Assembly (NCBI GenBank): GCA_964016885.1
Contig: OZ024766.1
Coordinates: forward strand, 22,010,001 to 22,074,000
Source: Eledone cirrhosa
Lineage: Eukaryota
Direction of reading: 5' to 3'
Length of the DNA: 64,000 nt
The first letter of the stretch is position 1. Each line of letters begins with the position of its first letter. Below the pieces are notes generated by a model that did no database searches, was not told the DNA's origin, and worked only from the letters and a program-made list of their open reading frames with translations. Positions 1-58,032 of this stretch are shown here, piece by piece. Position numbers and translations under genes: made by a program.

Positions 1-1762
1 ACTATTATATATACACTATTATATATACACTATTATATACACTATTATATACACTATTATATACACTATTATATATACACTATTATATATACACTATTAT
101 ATACACTATTATATATACACTATTATATACATTATATATACACTATTATATATACACTATTATATACACTATTATATATACACTATTATATACACTATTA
201 TATATACACTATTATATATACACTATTATATATACACTATTATATATACACTATTATATACACTATTATATACACTATTATATATACACTATTATATATA
301 CACTATTATATATACACTATTATATATACACTATTATATACACACTATTATATATACACTATTATATACACACTATTATATATACACTATTATATATACA
401 CTATTATATACACTATTATATACACTATTATATACACTATTATATACACTATTATATACACTATTATATATACACTATTATATACACTATTATATATACA
501 CTATTATATATACACTATTATATATACACTATTATATATACACTATTATATACACTATTATATACACTATTATATACACTATTATATATACACTATTATA
601 TACACTATTATATACACTATTATATATACACTATTATATATACACTATTATATATACACTATTATATATACACTATTATATACACACTATTATATATACA
701 CTATTATATACACACTATTATATATACACTATTATATATACACTATTATATACACTATTATATACACTATTATATATACACTATTATATACACTATTATA
801 TACACTATTATATATACACTATTATATACACTATTATATATACACTATTATATATACACTATTATATATACACTATTATATATACACTATTATATACACT
901 ATTATATACACTATTATATACACTATTATATATACACTATTATATACACTATTATATACACTATTATATATACACTATTATATACACTATTATATACACT
1001 ATTATATACACTATTATATACACTATTATATACACTATTATATATACACTATTATATACACTATTATATACACTATTATATATACACTATTATATACACT
1101 ATTATATATACACTATTATATACACTATTATATACACTATTATATACACTATTATATACACTATTATATATACACTATTATATACACTATTATATATACA
1201 CTATTATATATACACTATTATATATACACTATTATATACACTATTATATATACACTATTATATACACTATTATATACACTATTATATACACTATTATATA
1301 CACTATTATATACACTATTATATATACACTATTATATATACACTATTATATATACACTATTATATACACTATTATATATACACTATTATATATACTATTA
1401 TATATACACTATTATATACACTATTATATATACACTATTATATATACACTATTATATACACTATTATATATACACTATTATATACACTATTATATATACA
1501 CTATTATATATACACTATTATATACACTATTATATATACACTATTATATATACACTATTATATACACTATTATATATACACTATTATATACACTATTATA
1601 TATACACTATTATATACACTATTATATACACTATTATATACACTATTATATACACTATTATATATACACTATTATATACACTATTATATATACACTATTA
1701 TATACACTATTATATACACTATTATATACACTATTATATACACTATTATATATACACTATTA
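1..1762. repeat. Minisatellite (ACACTATTATAT[AT])n, 12-14 bp units
   Basis: Direct reading; continuous array running off the window start. Confidence 0.95.
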
Positions 1763-1785
1763 ATGTCTTTTCTTGTCTATTTCAG

Positions 1786-1871
1786 ATGAAATATTCTCCA
1801 ACCTGGGACGTTTGACCTCTGACCTCCCCAGAGGTCACAGACTGTTGACCTCTGGGAAGGGTCACCTCTAG
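1786..1871 (+). CDS. Possible terminal coding exon of an upstream gene (..EIFSNLGRLTSDLPRGHRLLTSGKGHL*)
   Basis: Good acceptor tcttttcttgtctatttcag ending at 1785; open phase-1 frame to TAG 1869-1871; no recognisable domain. Confidence 0.3.
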
Positions 1872-1949
1872 GAAGGTCACCTCTGAATCTCTCACCCAAG
1901 TGCTTGGTCCTTGTTATTAATACTCCACCCCTCCCCCACTACTACCACC

Positions 1950-1981
<32 letters not shown>

Positions 1982-1987
1982 ACCACC

Positions 1988-2044
<57 letters not shown>

Positions 2045-2184
2045 CTAGTACTGCTACTAAGACCCCCCCCCCTCCACCCTTCCACTAAAACTCTTTTTGT
2101 ATTATTATTATTATTTAAAACTTTTTATAAAAAAATATTGTTGTTGTTGTGTTGTTATTAATCGGTGGCATAGAGTTGCGTCCC

Positions 2185-3420
2185 TTTACGGAGACTGCAC
2201 TGGTGTCGACATGTGGTGTGTATGGATGGTGATTGTTGGGTGAAGAAGTGTCAGGAGTTCCCAGTGGAAGGAAGCTGCAGTAGAGGAAGACCTGGGTATA
2301 CGAGGAATCAGATGTAGTGTGTAGGAGAGGAGACTGCACTGGTATAGACATGTGGTGTGTATGGATGGTGGTTGTTAGGTGAAGAAGTGTCAGGAGTTCC
2401 CAGTGGAAGGAAGCTGCAGTAGAGGAAGACCTGGGTATACGAGGAATCAGATGTAGTGTGTAGGAGAGGAGACTGCACTGGTATAGACATGTGGTGTGTA
2501 TGGATGGTGGTTGTTAGGTGAAGAAGTGTCAGGAGTTCCCAGTGGAAGGAAGCTGCAGTAGAGGAAGACCTGGGTATACGAGGAATCAGATGTAGTGTGT
2601 AGGAGAGGAGACTGCACTGGTATAGACATGTGGTGTGTATGGATGGTGACTGTTGGGTGAAGAAGTGTCAGGAGTTCCCAGTGGAAGGAAGCTGCACTAG
2701 AGGAAGACCTGGGTATAAGAGGAGACTGCACTGGTATGGACATGTGGTGTGTATGGATGGTGACTGTTGGGTGAAGAAGTGTCAGGAGTTCCCTGTGGAA
2801 GGAAGCTGCAGTAGAGGAAGACCTGGGTATAAGAGGAATCAGATGTGGTGTGTAGGAGAGAAGACTGCACTGGTATAGACATGTGATGTGTATGGATGGT
2901 GATTGTTGGGTGAAGAAGTGTCAGGAGTTCCCAGTGGAAGGAAGCTGCAGTAGAGGAAGACCTGGGTATAAGAGGAATCAGATGTAGTGTGTAGGAGAGG
3001 AGACTGCACTGGTATAGACATGTGGTGTGTATGGATGGTGGTTGTTGGGTGAAGAAGTGTCAGGAGTTCCCAGTGGAAGGAAGCTGCAGTAGAGGAAGAC
3101 CTGGGTATACGAGGAATCAGATGTAGTGTGTAGGAGAGGAGACTGCACTGGTATAGACATGTGGTGTGTATGGATGGTGGTTGTTAGGTGAAGAAGTGTC
3201 AGGAGTTCCCAGTGGAAGGAAGCTGCAGTAGAGGAAGACCTGGGTATACGAGGAATCAGATGTAGTGTGTAGGAGAGGAGACTGCACTGGTATAGACATG
3301 TGGTGTGTATGGATGGTGATTGTTGGGTGAAGAAGTGTCAGGAGTTCCCAGTGGAAGGAAGCTGCAGTAGAGGAAGACCTGGGCTGAGGTAGTGAGAGCT
3401 CATTTCAAGGATCTGCGCTT
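2185..3420 (+). repeat. ~139-bp tandem array derived from the 3' part of an RTE-clade LINE ORF
   Basis: Units translate RRLHWYGHVVCMDGDCWVKKCQEFPVEGSCSRGRP; the array exits into ..KTWAEVVRA, the RTE C-terminal motif also seen at 38435-38607. Confidence 0.85.
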
Positions 3421-3543
3421 CAGAGATGTTAAAGGAACACTAGGGTTTGAGAGAGGCTGTATTGGAAAGGCTCTTATAAAGATGATGATACAGGCATAGA
3501 TATATATATATACACTGTGTATATATATATATATATATACACA

Positions 3544-3577
<34 letters not shown>

Positions 3578-3676
3578 CATATATGTATATGATATAACGA
3601 TATAGTTAATTTTACATATGTATGCATGTGTGTTTATGACTATATATATATATATATATGTATGTATATATGTGTG

Positions 3677-3707
<31 letters not shown>

Positions 3708-3754
3708 GGAAAAAAATGAAATTTAATTTCTCACTCTCAGTACGGCTGATACTT

Positions 3755-4065
3755 AAATGTAAGTAAGTATACATACTTATACACATATATATATATATAT
3801 ATGTGTGTGTATATAGGAACATATATATATATATATAAATGTAAGTAAGTATACATACTTATACACACACACATATATATATATATATATATGTGTGTGT
3901 ATATAGGAACATATATATATATATATATATATAAATGTAAGTAAGTATACATACTTATACACACACATATATATATATATGTGTGTGTATATAGGAACAT
4001 ATATATATATATATATAAATGTAAGTAAGTATACATACTTATACACACACACACACATATATATA
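3755..4065. repeat. Four copies of a ~75-bp unit (aaatgtaagtaagtatacatacttatac..ataggaac) with TA spacers
   Basis: Direct reading. Confidence 0.85.
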
Positions 4066-4226
4066 TATAGGAACTCAAAAAAATGTTTAGTCCAGAAATA
4101 GCCGTCGAAACGGCTTGAGCTCTGCCGTCGGGGTCATACTTGTTCCTATTTCCCACTCTACTACCCTAAGTATTGAGTACTTTGGTGTGTTATGGTCCAT
4201 CTGGTTCCTTACCACATTTCCTTCGT

Positions 4227-4257
<31 letters not shown>

Positions 4258-4274
4258 ATATATATATATATATA

Positions 4275-4425
4275 TATATTTATTAAAATAACAGATTAAA
4301 ATTTAAGCAAAGAATCGCTGCTTTCACCCTTAACGGGATCTTCTGAGTTTCAGAAGATCCTGTTAAGGGTGAAAGCAGCGATTCTTTGCTTAAATTTTAA
4401 TCTGTTATTTTAATAAATATATATA
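4275..4425. mobile_element. Near-perfect palindrome in (TA)n with a degenerate hammerhead-like core (CAGAAGA..GAAA), Penelope-like remnant
   Basis: Arms of ~70 bp are reverse complements; stem III AGCA/TGCT present; core carries a U4A change. A partial arm copy lies at ~20055-20095. Confidence 0.55.
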
Positions 4426-4439
4426 TATATGTGTGTCTG

Positions 4440-4481
<42 letters not shown>

Positions 4482-4944
4482 AGTTGTAACCCCCCCCCCC
4501 CCCCCCCCCCTATACACATCTTCACCACCGCCATCTATATAGAAGAGGGGGTGTATGTGTGTAGGGGTGTGTGGCCCTTGTGATGTCTGGCTTTCTTATA
4601 TATATATATATATATGTGTGTGTGTATATATATATATGTGTGTGTATATATATGTGTGTGTGTGTATATATATATATATCATCATCATCGTTTAACATCT
4701 ATCTTCCACACTAGCATATATATGTGTGTGTGTGTATGTATATACATATGTGTATGTATGTATGTGTGTATATATATGTATGTATGTGTATATATATATG
4801 TATGTATGTGTATATATATATGTATGTGTATATATATATATGTATGTATGTGTATATATATATATTATATATATATATATATATATACACCTGTATAAAG
4901 TCAGCATGTGTGTGTATATAGATATGGATATTTGTGTATATATA

Positions 4945-4979
<35 letters not shown>

Positions 4980-5122
4980 GTATATATATATATATATATA
5001 TACCTGTATAAAGTCAACATGCGTGTGTATATAGAAATATATATTTGTGTGTATATATATATATATACACACATATACACATATATATACACACCCATAT
5101 ATATATATATACACACACACAT

Positions 5123-5165
<43 letters not shown>

Positions 5166-5409
5166 TACACACACCTGTACAAAAGTCATTTCACCTCGTT
5201 AGACAACAAAACAAACACACAAACAAATATACATACATCACCTGGTGTATATATATAATAAATCAGGTGACATATTGTATACAGCTTTGTTGTTATATCA
5301 CTGCTGTGTGTTTAACTTCTGACAGGGTGTATATATATATAATTATACACCCTTGACATCAAAACAAATCTTAGTTTAGAAATAATTTAATTATAACGAG
5401 CTTTTTTCT

Positions 5410-6200
5410 GTAACCCTCTCGTTACCATATTTCTAATGGAACATAACTTAACAAAGGCTCTTACATAAATATAAACACTTTAACCCTTTCATTAACATAT
5501 TTCTAATGGAACATAACTTAACAAAGGTTCTTACATAAATATAAACACTTTAACCATTTCATTAACATATTTCTAATGGAACATAACTTAACAAAGGTTC
5601 TTACATAAATATAAACACTTTAACCCTTTCATTACCATATTTCTAATGGAACATAACTTAACAAAGGTTCTTACATAAATATAAACACTTTAACCCTTTC
5701 ACTACCATATTTCTAATGGAACATAACTTAACAAAGGTTCTTACATAAATATAAACACTTTAACCCTTTCATTACCATATTTCTAATGGAACATAACTTA
5801 ACAAAGGTTCTTACATAAAAAGATGGTGGAAGGTTTTTAAAATAAATATAAACACTTTAACCCTTCCATTACCATATTTCTAATGGAACATAACTTAACA
5901 AAGGTTCTTACATAAAAAGATGGTGGAAGGTTTTTAAAATAAATATAAACACTTTAACCCTTTCATTACCATATCTCTAATGGAACATAACTTAACAAAG
6001 GTTCTTACATAAAATTATGATGGAAGGTTTTTAGATAAATATAAACACTTTAACCCTTTCACTACCATATTTCTAATGGAACATAACTTAACAAAGGTTC
6101 TTACATAAAATATTGATGGAAGGTTTTTAGATAAATATAAACACTTTAACCCTTTCATTACCATATTTCTAATGGAACATAACTTAACAAAGGTTCTTAT
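5410..6200 (+). repeat. 70/~97-bp tandem array seeded by a piggyBac-like MITE end (TTAA CCCTTT..)
   Basis: taaccctttc or a one-base variant recurs at 5481, 5551, 5621, 5691, 5761; a related end in reverse orientation at ~52960-52996 (..aaagggttaa). Confidence 0.7.
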
Positions 6201-6562
6201 CATGGAAATTTGCATCATCAGCCTGGAACCCTTATCTTGTTGACCTGGAAACTGTTCAAACCCCTTTCTGCCTCTTTCGTAACTTGGTCCCTTAGTTTTA
6301 TACCCCTGTTAAGGGTTTAGTGACCCCATGTAGCAACTAAGGAGTATACTGTGGGTATATATGCCCCCCCCCCCCCTCACCCTAAAGGTCCAGACTGGTC
6401 GTGTTAGGCCTGGTGGATCAGGGTTGTCCTAGGGCTAAACAACACCACCGCTACCGCCACCTGGTGGCTTACAAAGTCATGAGATCTTAAGACAATACCC
6501 AGTGATGTCTTACATGTGTTTGTGTGTGTATATATATATATATATATGTGTACATAAATATA

Positions 6563-6641
<79 letters not shown>

Positions 6642-6960
6642 GTATATATATATGTATATATATATGTGTATATATATATATATATGTATATATATATGTA
6701 TATATATATGTATATATATATATACATATATATATACATATATATATATATACATATATATGTATATATATATATATATACATATATATGTATATATATA
6801 TATATATATACATATATATGTATATATACATATATATATATATACATATATATGTATATATATATATATATATATATACATATATATGTGTATATATATA
6901 TATATATATATACATATCTATGTATATATATATATATATATACATATCTATATATATATG

Positions 6961-7032
<72 letters not shown>

Positions 7033-7045
7033 CATATATATATAC

Positions 7046-7083
<38 letters not shown>

Positions 7084-7438
7084 ATATATATATATACATA
7101 AAACACCACACACCCCCATCAACCCATTACATATTTACATAACTTCAACGCCCCTCCTGGGGCCTCAACCCCCACCACCACCACCACCACCACCCCCATT
7201 TCATAGGAGTTAATTGTGTAACATCATTTAACGAGGTATATATATATAATTACACCTGAAGATGGACTAATTAAGAAAGTTCTAGAAAGATACAGCCCCC
7301 CCCCCCCCCCCCCCCCTTACATTCTCTATCTCACCTGTCTTATTTGTGAGGCTGATCACGAGGAGGGTGTATATACATATATATATATACTATCATGTAT
7401 ATATATCATGTATATATATATATGTGTATATATATATG

Positions 7439-7472
<34 letters not shown>

Positions 7473-7643
7473 TATGTATATATATATATGTGTATATATA
7501 TATGTATATATATATATGTATATATATATATGTGTATATATATATGTATATATATATATATATATATATACATATGTATATATATATATGTGTATATATA
7601 TATGTATATATATATATATATATATATACATATATATATACAC

Positions 7644-7700
<57 letters not shown>

Positions 7701-7868
7701 TACATGTGTATATATATATGTATATATATATATATACATGTGTATATATATATGTATATATATATATATATATATGTGTATATATATATATACATGTGTA
7801 TATATATATATATATACATGTGTATATATATATATACATATATATACACATATATATATATACACATG

Positions 7869-7899
<31 letters not shown>

Positions 7900-8339
7900 G
7901 TATATATATATATATATATACACATATGTGTATATACATATATATATACATATATATACATATATATATATGCACACATATATATACACATATATATACA
8001 CATATATATACACATATATATACATATATATATATATACACATGACAGGCAGAAAACAATACCCAAACAATACATCTTGGTTACGAAGTCCTCTGATTGG
8101 TCGAGTTGAAGTCACATGCCATCACATGACACCAGTATATGTATCATGTGACCCGCGCGCGCCGTCCAGTCGCGGATTTGACAACGGGAGGTGACCAAAC
8201 TAAGGATTATATTACATTAATGATTTCATTACAGACAGGGTGGTCACATTTGGAGAGGAGCTGCAGCAGTACCACGGTTTTGAAGGGTTCGTCGTATCCG
8301 GAGTGGCAGATCTATCTATAACCTATTGAATATTACTCA

Positions 8340-8802
8340 CTGTTGGGTGGTCACGTTTGGATTGGCGATATACAGGCAATATATGCGTCGACTTGATGGT
8401 GACATCTGGTGACATCTGGTGACATCTGGAGAGCAGGCACAGATAGACAGACAGACAGACAGACGTGGGTGGTCACGTTTGGATTGGAGATACAGGCAAT
8501 ATATATACGTCGACTTGATGGTGACATCTGGTGATATCTGGAGAGCAGGCACTGACAGACAGTCAGACAGACAGACAGACGAGAGAGAGACAAAACAGAT
8601 GTGGATTGTGACATCTGTGGTGACATCTGGAGAGCAGGCACAGATAGACAGTCAGACAGACGAGAGAGAGACAAAACAGATGTGGACTGTGACATCTGCG
8701 GAAGAAGCCTAGAGCATCTATTCAGGCTGGTTGGTCACATTTGGAGTGGAGTTAGAGAGATAACACTGGTTTAATGTTGACAGCGACATCTGGAGAGGGG
8801 AC

Positions 8803-8833
<31 letters not shown>

Positions 8834-9165
8834 AACTATTGAGGCTGGTTGGTCATGTTTGGAGCGGAATCATCGCAGAAAACAGTACACTTTGGTTTGT
8901 CACATCTGTAGCAAGTGACAGTACAGACTTGATGGTCTATCTGGAGAGGAAACATAGAGAAAGAAACGATACAGGCTTGATATGGTTGCTGACATCTGGA
9001 GAGGAATTGTAGAAAAATAGTTCAATTTGGTTGGTCACATTTGGAAAGGAGAGGAGACATTCTGAAAGAGAGACTGTGCAGGCTTGATTGTGGATGGTCA
9101 TATTTGGAGAGAGGAAGCCTAGAATAAAACACAGGCTTGTTACAGATGCTGACATCTGGAGAAAG
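8340..9165. repeat. Degenerate repeat cluster (ggtcacatttgga / gacatctggagag)
   Basis: Motifs recur more than ten times with variable spacing. Confidence 0.75.
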
Positions 9166-9727
9166 AAGGACCAGTCTATAAACTACAACAAGATCTGGAG
9201 CGACTCCCTAATTTTTCCCGTGAAGCCATTCAAAACCCTTTTCTCATCCAAACTCCCCTTTTTTTTTACTCCTTAAAATTACTGAAATATAACAAAACAG
9301 AGAGGGGGACAGAGATCTGAGTTAGGTTTCAAGGTTTTAACTTGTGAAGTTGTTGTGGTTGTTGGTGTTGTTGGTGTTGGAGTTTGTTTAATGGAGGGTC
9401 TTTTGTAGTGCGGTGTAGTGTCTATATAGAGTGTTGTGTGTAGATGAAGAGAGAGAAATTTATATTTATATATATATATACATAGTTAAAATGTGGAGCT
9501 GTCATTGAAAATTTTCAGAGTATATACACATATATACATATATATGCACATAGATATATATTTACATATATAAACATATTTATATATATATACATACATA
9601 CATACATACTCATATATATGCACATACATATATATTTACATATATATAAACCTATTTATATATATACATATACATACTCATATATATATATATGAACTTT
9701 TATCCTTCACCATCACTAACACCCCTA

Positions 9728-9763
<36 letters not shown>

Positions 9764-10079
9764 TTAAATAGTGTTTTTTTAGGAGATAAAGTTGAAAAAC
9801 TTGTCTAAGGGTGATAATTCTTTTCAAAGGACATTTTCATTATATTTTCAACTGTATTAAGCCAGAAAAAACCAGCCCACAATACTTAACACTTAAAAAA
9901 CTTTTAAAACAACTCCCTGAAAAATCCTTAAAAAATACCCGAAAAAACAACAACAAACCCTTCCAGAAATAACAACAACAACAACAACACTAGCTAATAT
10001 CAACATCATCATCATCAATATCATCTTAATTACTGTTGAAAAACGATAAAGAATTGAGTAAGATTTTAACGACTTCAAC

Positions 10080-41723
<31,644 letters not shown>

Positions 41724-41833
41724 ATATATATATATATATATGTATATATACACTATCGTTACTAAGGTTGTCTTATATCATTGATTTCTTATATACATAT
41801 ATATATGTATATATATATATATGTATGTATATA

Positions 41834-41885
<52 letters not shown>

Positions 41886-41907
41886 TACATATTTATATGT
41901 GTATATG

Positions 41908-41942
<35 letters not shown>

Positions 41943-41953
41943 GTATGTATATA

Positions 41954-41999
<46 letters not shown>

Positions 42000-42021
42000 T
42001 GCATATTTATATGTGTATATG

Positions 42022-42132
<111 letters not shown>

Positions 42133-42207
42133 GTGTGTATGTATGTATATATATATGTATATATATATATGTATGTATATATGTATGTATATATATATAT
42201 ATGTATG

Positions 42208-42238
<31 letters not shown>

Positions 42239-42263
42239 ATATATATATATATGTATATATGTA

Positions 42264-42294
<31 letters not shown>

Positions 42295-42379
42295 ATATAT
42301 ATATATGTATATATGTATACATATTTATATGTATACATATTTATATGTATATATATATATATATATATAGATATTTATA

Positions 42380-42412
<33 letters not shown>

Positions 42413-42528
42413 ATATATATGTGTGTATATATATATGCATATGTATGTATAGATAGAGAGTCTATGGCTCCGTTAGTTAATTTATCGTGATATATATATA
42501 TGTATATATATATATATGTATGTATATA

Positions 42529-42617
<89 letters not shown>

Positions 42618-42853
42618 GTGTGTGTAGGTATTGAACAATAAAAATAAAAAACAAAAGCCCAAGATATGTTCTTAATTAGTTCATTGTATTACAATCGTTT
42701 CAGAGGGAAGATTGACAATTGTGGCGCAACTGAAACACAGTAGTTATATCACTACCTGTTTCTAGTCTCACCCATGTTGCTGTCATCTTCAGAAAAAATG
42801 AATTATGATTTTATTTACAATATACATATATATAAGGAGGCTGATCTGTGGGA

Positions 42854-42985
<132 letters not shown>

Positions 42986-43000
42986 GTATATATATATATG

Positions 43001-43103
<103 letters not shown>

Positions 43104-43127
43104 TATATATATGTATATGTATATATG

Positions 43128-43235
<108 letters not shown>

Positions 43236-43278
43236 TATACATATATATGTCTATATATATATATATATATATATATCC

Positions 43279-43315
<37 letters not shown>

Positions 43316-43332
43316 CACATATATATATATAC

Positions 43333-43436
<104 letters not shown>

Positions 43437-43443
43437 ATATATC

Positions 43444-43496
<53 letters not shown>

Positions 43497-43792
43497 GTGT
43501 GTGTGTGTATGTGTGTTTCAGCCTTCTGAGAGCTCTTCAGGGAAATACGGTGTTATATATCATATAAATTTAACACTGGAATGGTGCTTCTATTGACAAA
43601 AATTGTTTTGAATGTTTCGACTAGAGAGGGAGGTAACTCCTAGCATATTTCGGCCTCATTAGAAGAGCTCTTCAGTTAATCACGTGTGTGTATATATATA
43701 TATATATATAGCAGTGTATCTTGTTAGGTATGCATGTATCTTTGGTTAATTTTATTAATTAGACCATGAGCCAGGCATGTATAGGGTTTTAC

Positions 43793-43879
<87 letters not shown>

Positions 43880-43922
43880 CCTCTATCCCACAAGAACACC
43901 ACTCTCCCCCCTCCTTCCTCTA

Positions 43923-43983
<61 letters not shown>

Positions 43984-44138
43984 CTTTTTAATTACCATAA
44001 AAGAAACATTTTTAAGCTTTACTAACGAAGAATATAAATTCAGAAATTTAATGAGAATATAAGAAAATAAAGTTGATTAAATATTCAAATTTATTCCAAA
44101 TTGTTTGTTTTCTTTATATCTTGTTTTTTTTATATTTT

Positions 44139-44173
<35 letters not shown>

Positions 44174-44210
44174 TTCACTTATTTAATAATAACAGGAGGC
44201 TAGACTAGAA

Positions 44211-44245
<35 letters not shown>

Positions 44246-44299
44246 GTCTATCAAAGTACCACTGATGATGTTACAGATGTGTGATGAAAGAAATTTGAT

Positions 44300-44340
<41 letters not shown>

Positions 44341-44542
44341 TATTTAAAAAATAATGAATAAACAAAGAAACAGTTCCTTATATTAAACAAAAAAAGTTCA
44401 TTATTTTACGATCGTTTCTAGGACATATATGTGTTAGAATTGGTATGCATATTCAAAAGATCTATGTACAAAATTATACAAACTATCAAAGAGAATATGC
44501 ATACCATCACATATATATGCTGTCTTCAGAAATAATCATAAT

Positions 44543-44677
44543 TTATTTCTGAAGACAGCATATATATGTGAAGGTATGCATATTCTCTTTGATAGTTTGT
44601 ATAATTTTGTACATAGATCTTTTGAATATGCATACCAATTCTAACACATATATGTCCTAGAAACGATCGTAAAATAA
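44543..44677 (+). ncRNA. Type I hammerhead motif with ~100-nt stem II, family B (mirror copy on - strand 44401-44535)
   Basis: ttattt CTGAAGA [long hairpin] GAA ACGATCGT A aaataa; centre of palindrome ~44338-44742. Confidence 0.75.
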
Positions 44678-45091
44678 TGAACTTTTTTTGTTTAATATAA
44701 GGAACTGTTTCTTTGTTTATTCATTATTTTTTTAATAATTTATCTTGACTCTGTATTCCGTTTATCTTTCACCGAAAGTGATTTTTGAATGCATCTCTTC
44801 TTTTCATGATATCCGGATTACATTGAGTTCTTCATACGAATTGGACACTACCGTAAACTTTTGGTAGATTTATCTACATATATATATATATATATATTTA
44901 TATTTGTATTTTTGACCGTTGGTCAGTCAATGATAAGCACTGATTACCAAATAAATTAACTATGGAGATATAAAAGATACAGAAGCGAAAACCAACCAAA
45001 CAGTGAGTGTGTTCTGTTATTATTTCTGGCAATATTATTACAACAATATGACCCTCCCCAAGTATAAAGATATATATATATATGAAAATAT

Positions 45092-45791
45092 TGCAATCGA
45101 AAGGTTTTGAGTTCAATTCTCAGACCGGGTGATGTGTTGTGTCCTTGAGTAAGACACTTTATTTCACATTGCTCCAGTTTACTCAGCTATAGAAATGAGA
45201 TGATAGGGACTGGGGTCCCTATCATTCCACTGTAAAGTGGTCGTGGAGGTGCCATGGCAAAAAAGCACCCAGCACTCACTGTAAAGTGGTCATGGAGGTG
45301 CCACAGCAAAAAAGCACCCAGCACTCGCTGTAAAGTGGTCGTGTAGGTGCCACGGCAAAAAAGCATCCAGCACTCACTGTAAAGTGGTCGTGGAGGTGCC
45401 ACGGCAAAAAAAAGCTCCCAGCACTCACTGTAAAGTGGTCGTGGAGGTGCCATGGCAAAAAAGCACCCAGCACTCACTGTAAAGTGGTCGTGGAGGTACC
45501 ACGGCAAAAAAAAAGCTCCCAGCACTCACTGTAAAGTGGTCGTGGAGGTGCCATGGCAAAAAAGCACCCAGTACTCACTGTAAAGTGGTCGTGGAGGTGC
45601 CACGGCAAAAAAAGCACCCAGCACTCACTGTAAAGTGGTCGTGTAGGTGCCACGGCAAAAAAAGCACCCACCACTCACTGTAAATGAGGTTGGTGTTAGG
45701 AAGGGCATCCAGCTGTAGAAATCAAGCCAGAATCAGTTCCTGTCCCACCCTTGCAAGCAGGGAAAAGGGATGTAAAATGAAATGATGAAAA

Positions 45792-45792
<1 letters not shown>
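45092..45792 (+). mobile_element. SINE, slightly 5'-truncated, ~9 internal units
   Basis: Same family as 38640-40362. Confidence 0.88.
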
Positions 45793-45822
<30 letters not shown>

Positions 45823-45952
45823 TGGAAAGTTATATTTAAATTGTTGGGTTACAACTAGTAAATATTTATAACTGATATAAAAGCACTCGACAAGTATTTG
45901 GAGTATATTTACGATATTAAATAAATGGAAACTATATTTATAAAACCATATT

Positions 45953-46018
45953 TATTTCATTATATATATTTCAGGGATATCATATTAACAATATGCTATG
46001 CCTTCCTCAGACAAAATA
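45953..46018 (-). ncRNA. Hammerhead motif family A, unpaired copy
   Basis: Reverse strand tattttgt CTGAGGA..GAAA tatata TA atgaaata. Confidence 0.65.
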
Positions 46019-46093
46019 AAATATAGACAGTTTTATAGATAAATAGATTTGACATACCGTTCAACATCGACTTGTATTTGAAAAGTTGATTTT

Positions 46094-46136
<43 letters not shown>

Positions 46137-46378
46137 ACAAATATATTATTAAAAACACCAAAATCCAGATGTGTGGGAATAACATTTATTGAGTTGAGTA
46201 ACGCTGACACATGTTGCGTCGCATGCAATACATATAAGTCTTGGAGTGCTAACTATTGATTATTTCATTATTTTAATCATAATTAACTTATGTTCTTTAT
46301 TCTTGTTTAACAATGAGTTTAATTAATCACAATTTGAAAAATTCTCCCTCTCTCTCTATATGTATATATATATATATG

Positions 46379-46429
<51 letters not shown>

Positions 46430-46438
46430 GTATATATG

Positions 46439-46469
<31 letters not shown>

Positions 46470-46470
46470 G

Positions 46471-46501
<31 letters not shown>

Positions 46502-46554
46502 GTATGTATATATATATGTATATATATGTATATATATATATATATATATGTATG

Positions 46555-46586
<32 letters not shown>

Positions 46587-46714
46587 CGTTATTCCGGGTT
46601 GAATCGGAGGTAACCACAGTAAGTAAGGTACTCAATACATAGCAGAGTATAACAGTTTTAATATAGATGAGATTCTACAGGACTAGAACTGTTTCATTCA
46701 TTAGAAATCATCAG

Positions 46715-46763
46715 GATTCCTGATGATTTCTAATGAATGAAACAGTTCTAGTCCTGTAGAATC
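46715..46763 (+). ncRNA. Type I hammerhead motif, family C (in palindrome ~46658-46778)
   Basis: gattc CTGATGA t-ttc-taat-gaa-t GAA ACAG-ttctagtc-CTGT A gaatc; GUA cut site. Confidence 0.7.
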
Positions 46764-46803
46764 TCATCTATATTAAAAATATGTATATATATATATATGT
46801 AAG

Positions 46804-46861
<58 letters not shown>

Positions 46862-46867
46862 TGTATG

Positions 46868-46902
<35 letters not shown>

Positions 46903-47027
46903 GTATATATGTATATATATATGCATATATGTATATATATATGTATATATATATATATATGTATGTATATATATATGTATATATATATATATATATGTAT
47001 GTATATATATATGTATATATATATATG

Positions 47028-47081
<54 letters not shown>

Positions 47082-47137
47082 CACACTCATATATACGTTA
47101 TACATACACACTCATATATATACATACACATTCATAT

Positions 47138-47168
<31 letters not shown>

Positions 47169-47179
47169 CATACACACTC

Positions 47180-47210
<31 letters not shown>

Positions 47211-47217
47211 CACATTC

Positions 47218-47281
<64 letters not shown>

Positions 47282-47295
47282 TCATATAGATAAGT

Positions 47296-58032
<10,737 letters not shown>

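Noticed and set aside
1812-1882. Cluster of TGACCT/AGGTCA nuclear-receptor half-sites
   Set aside because: Short motifs with no supporting context; overlap a possible exon.
7250-7370. CTGAAGA..GAAA hammerhead-like motif (also ~43520, ~43660, ~44262, ~21030)
   Set aside because: Could not close stems I and III convincingly by eye.
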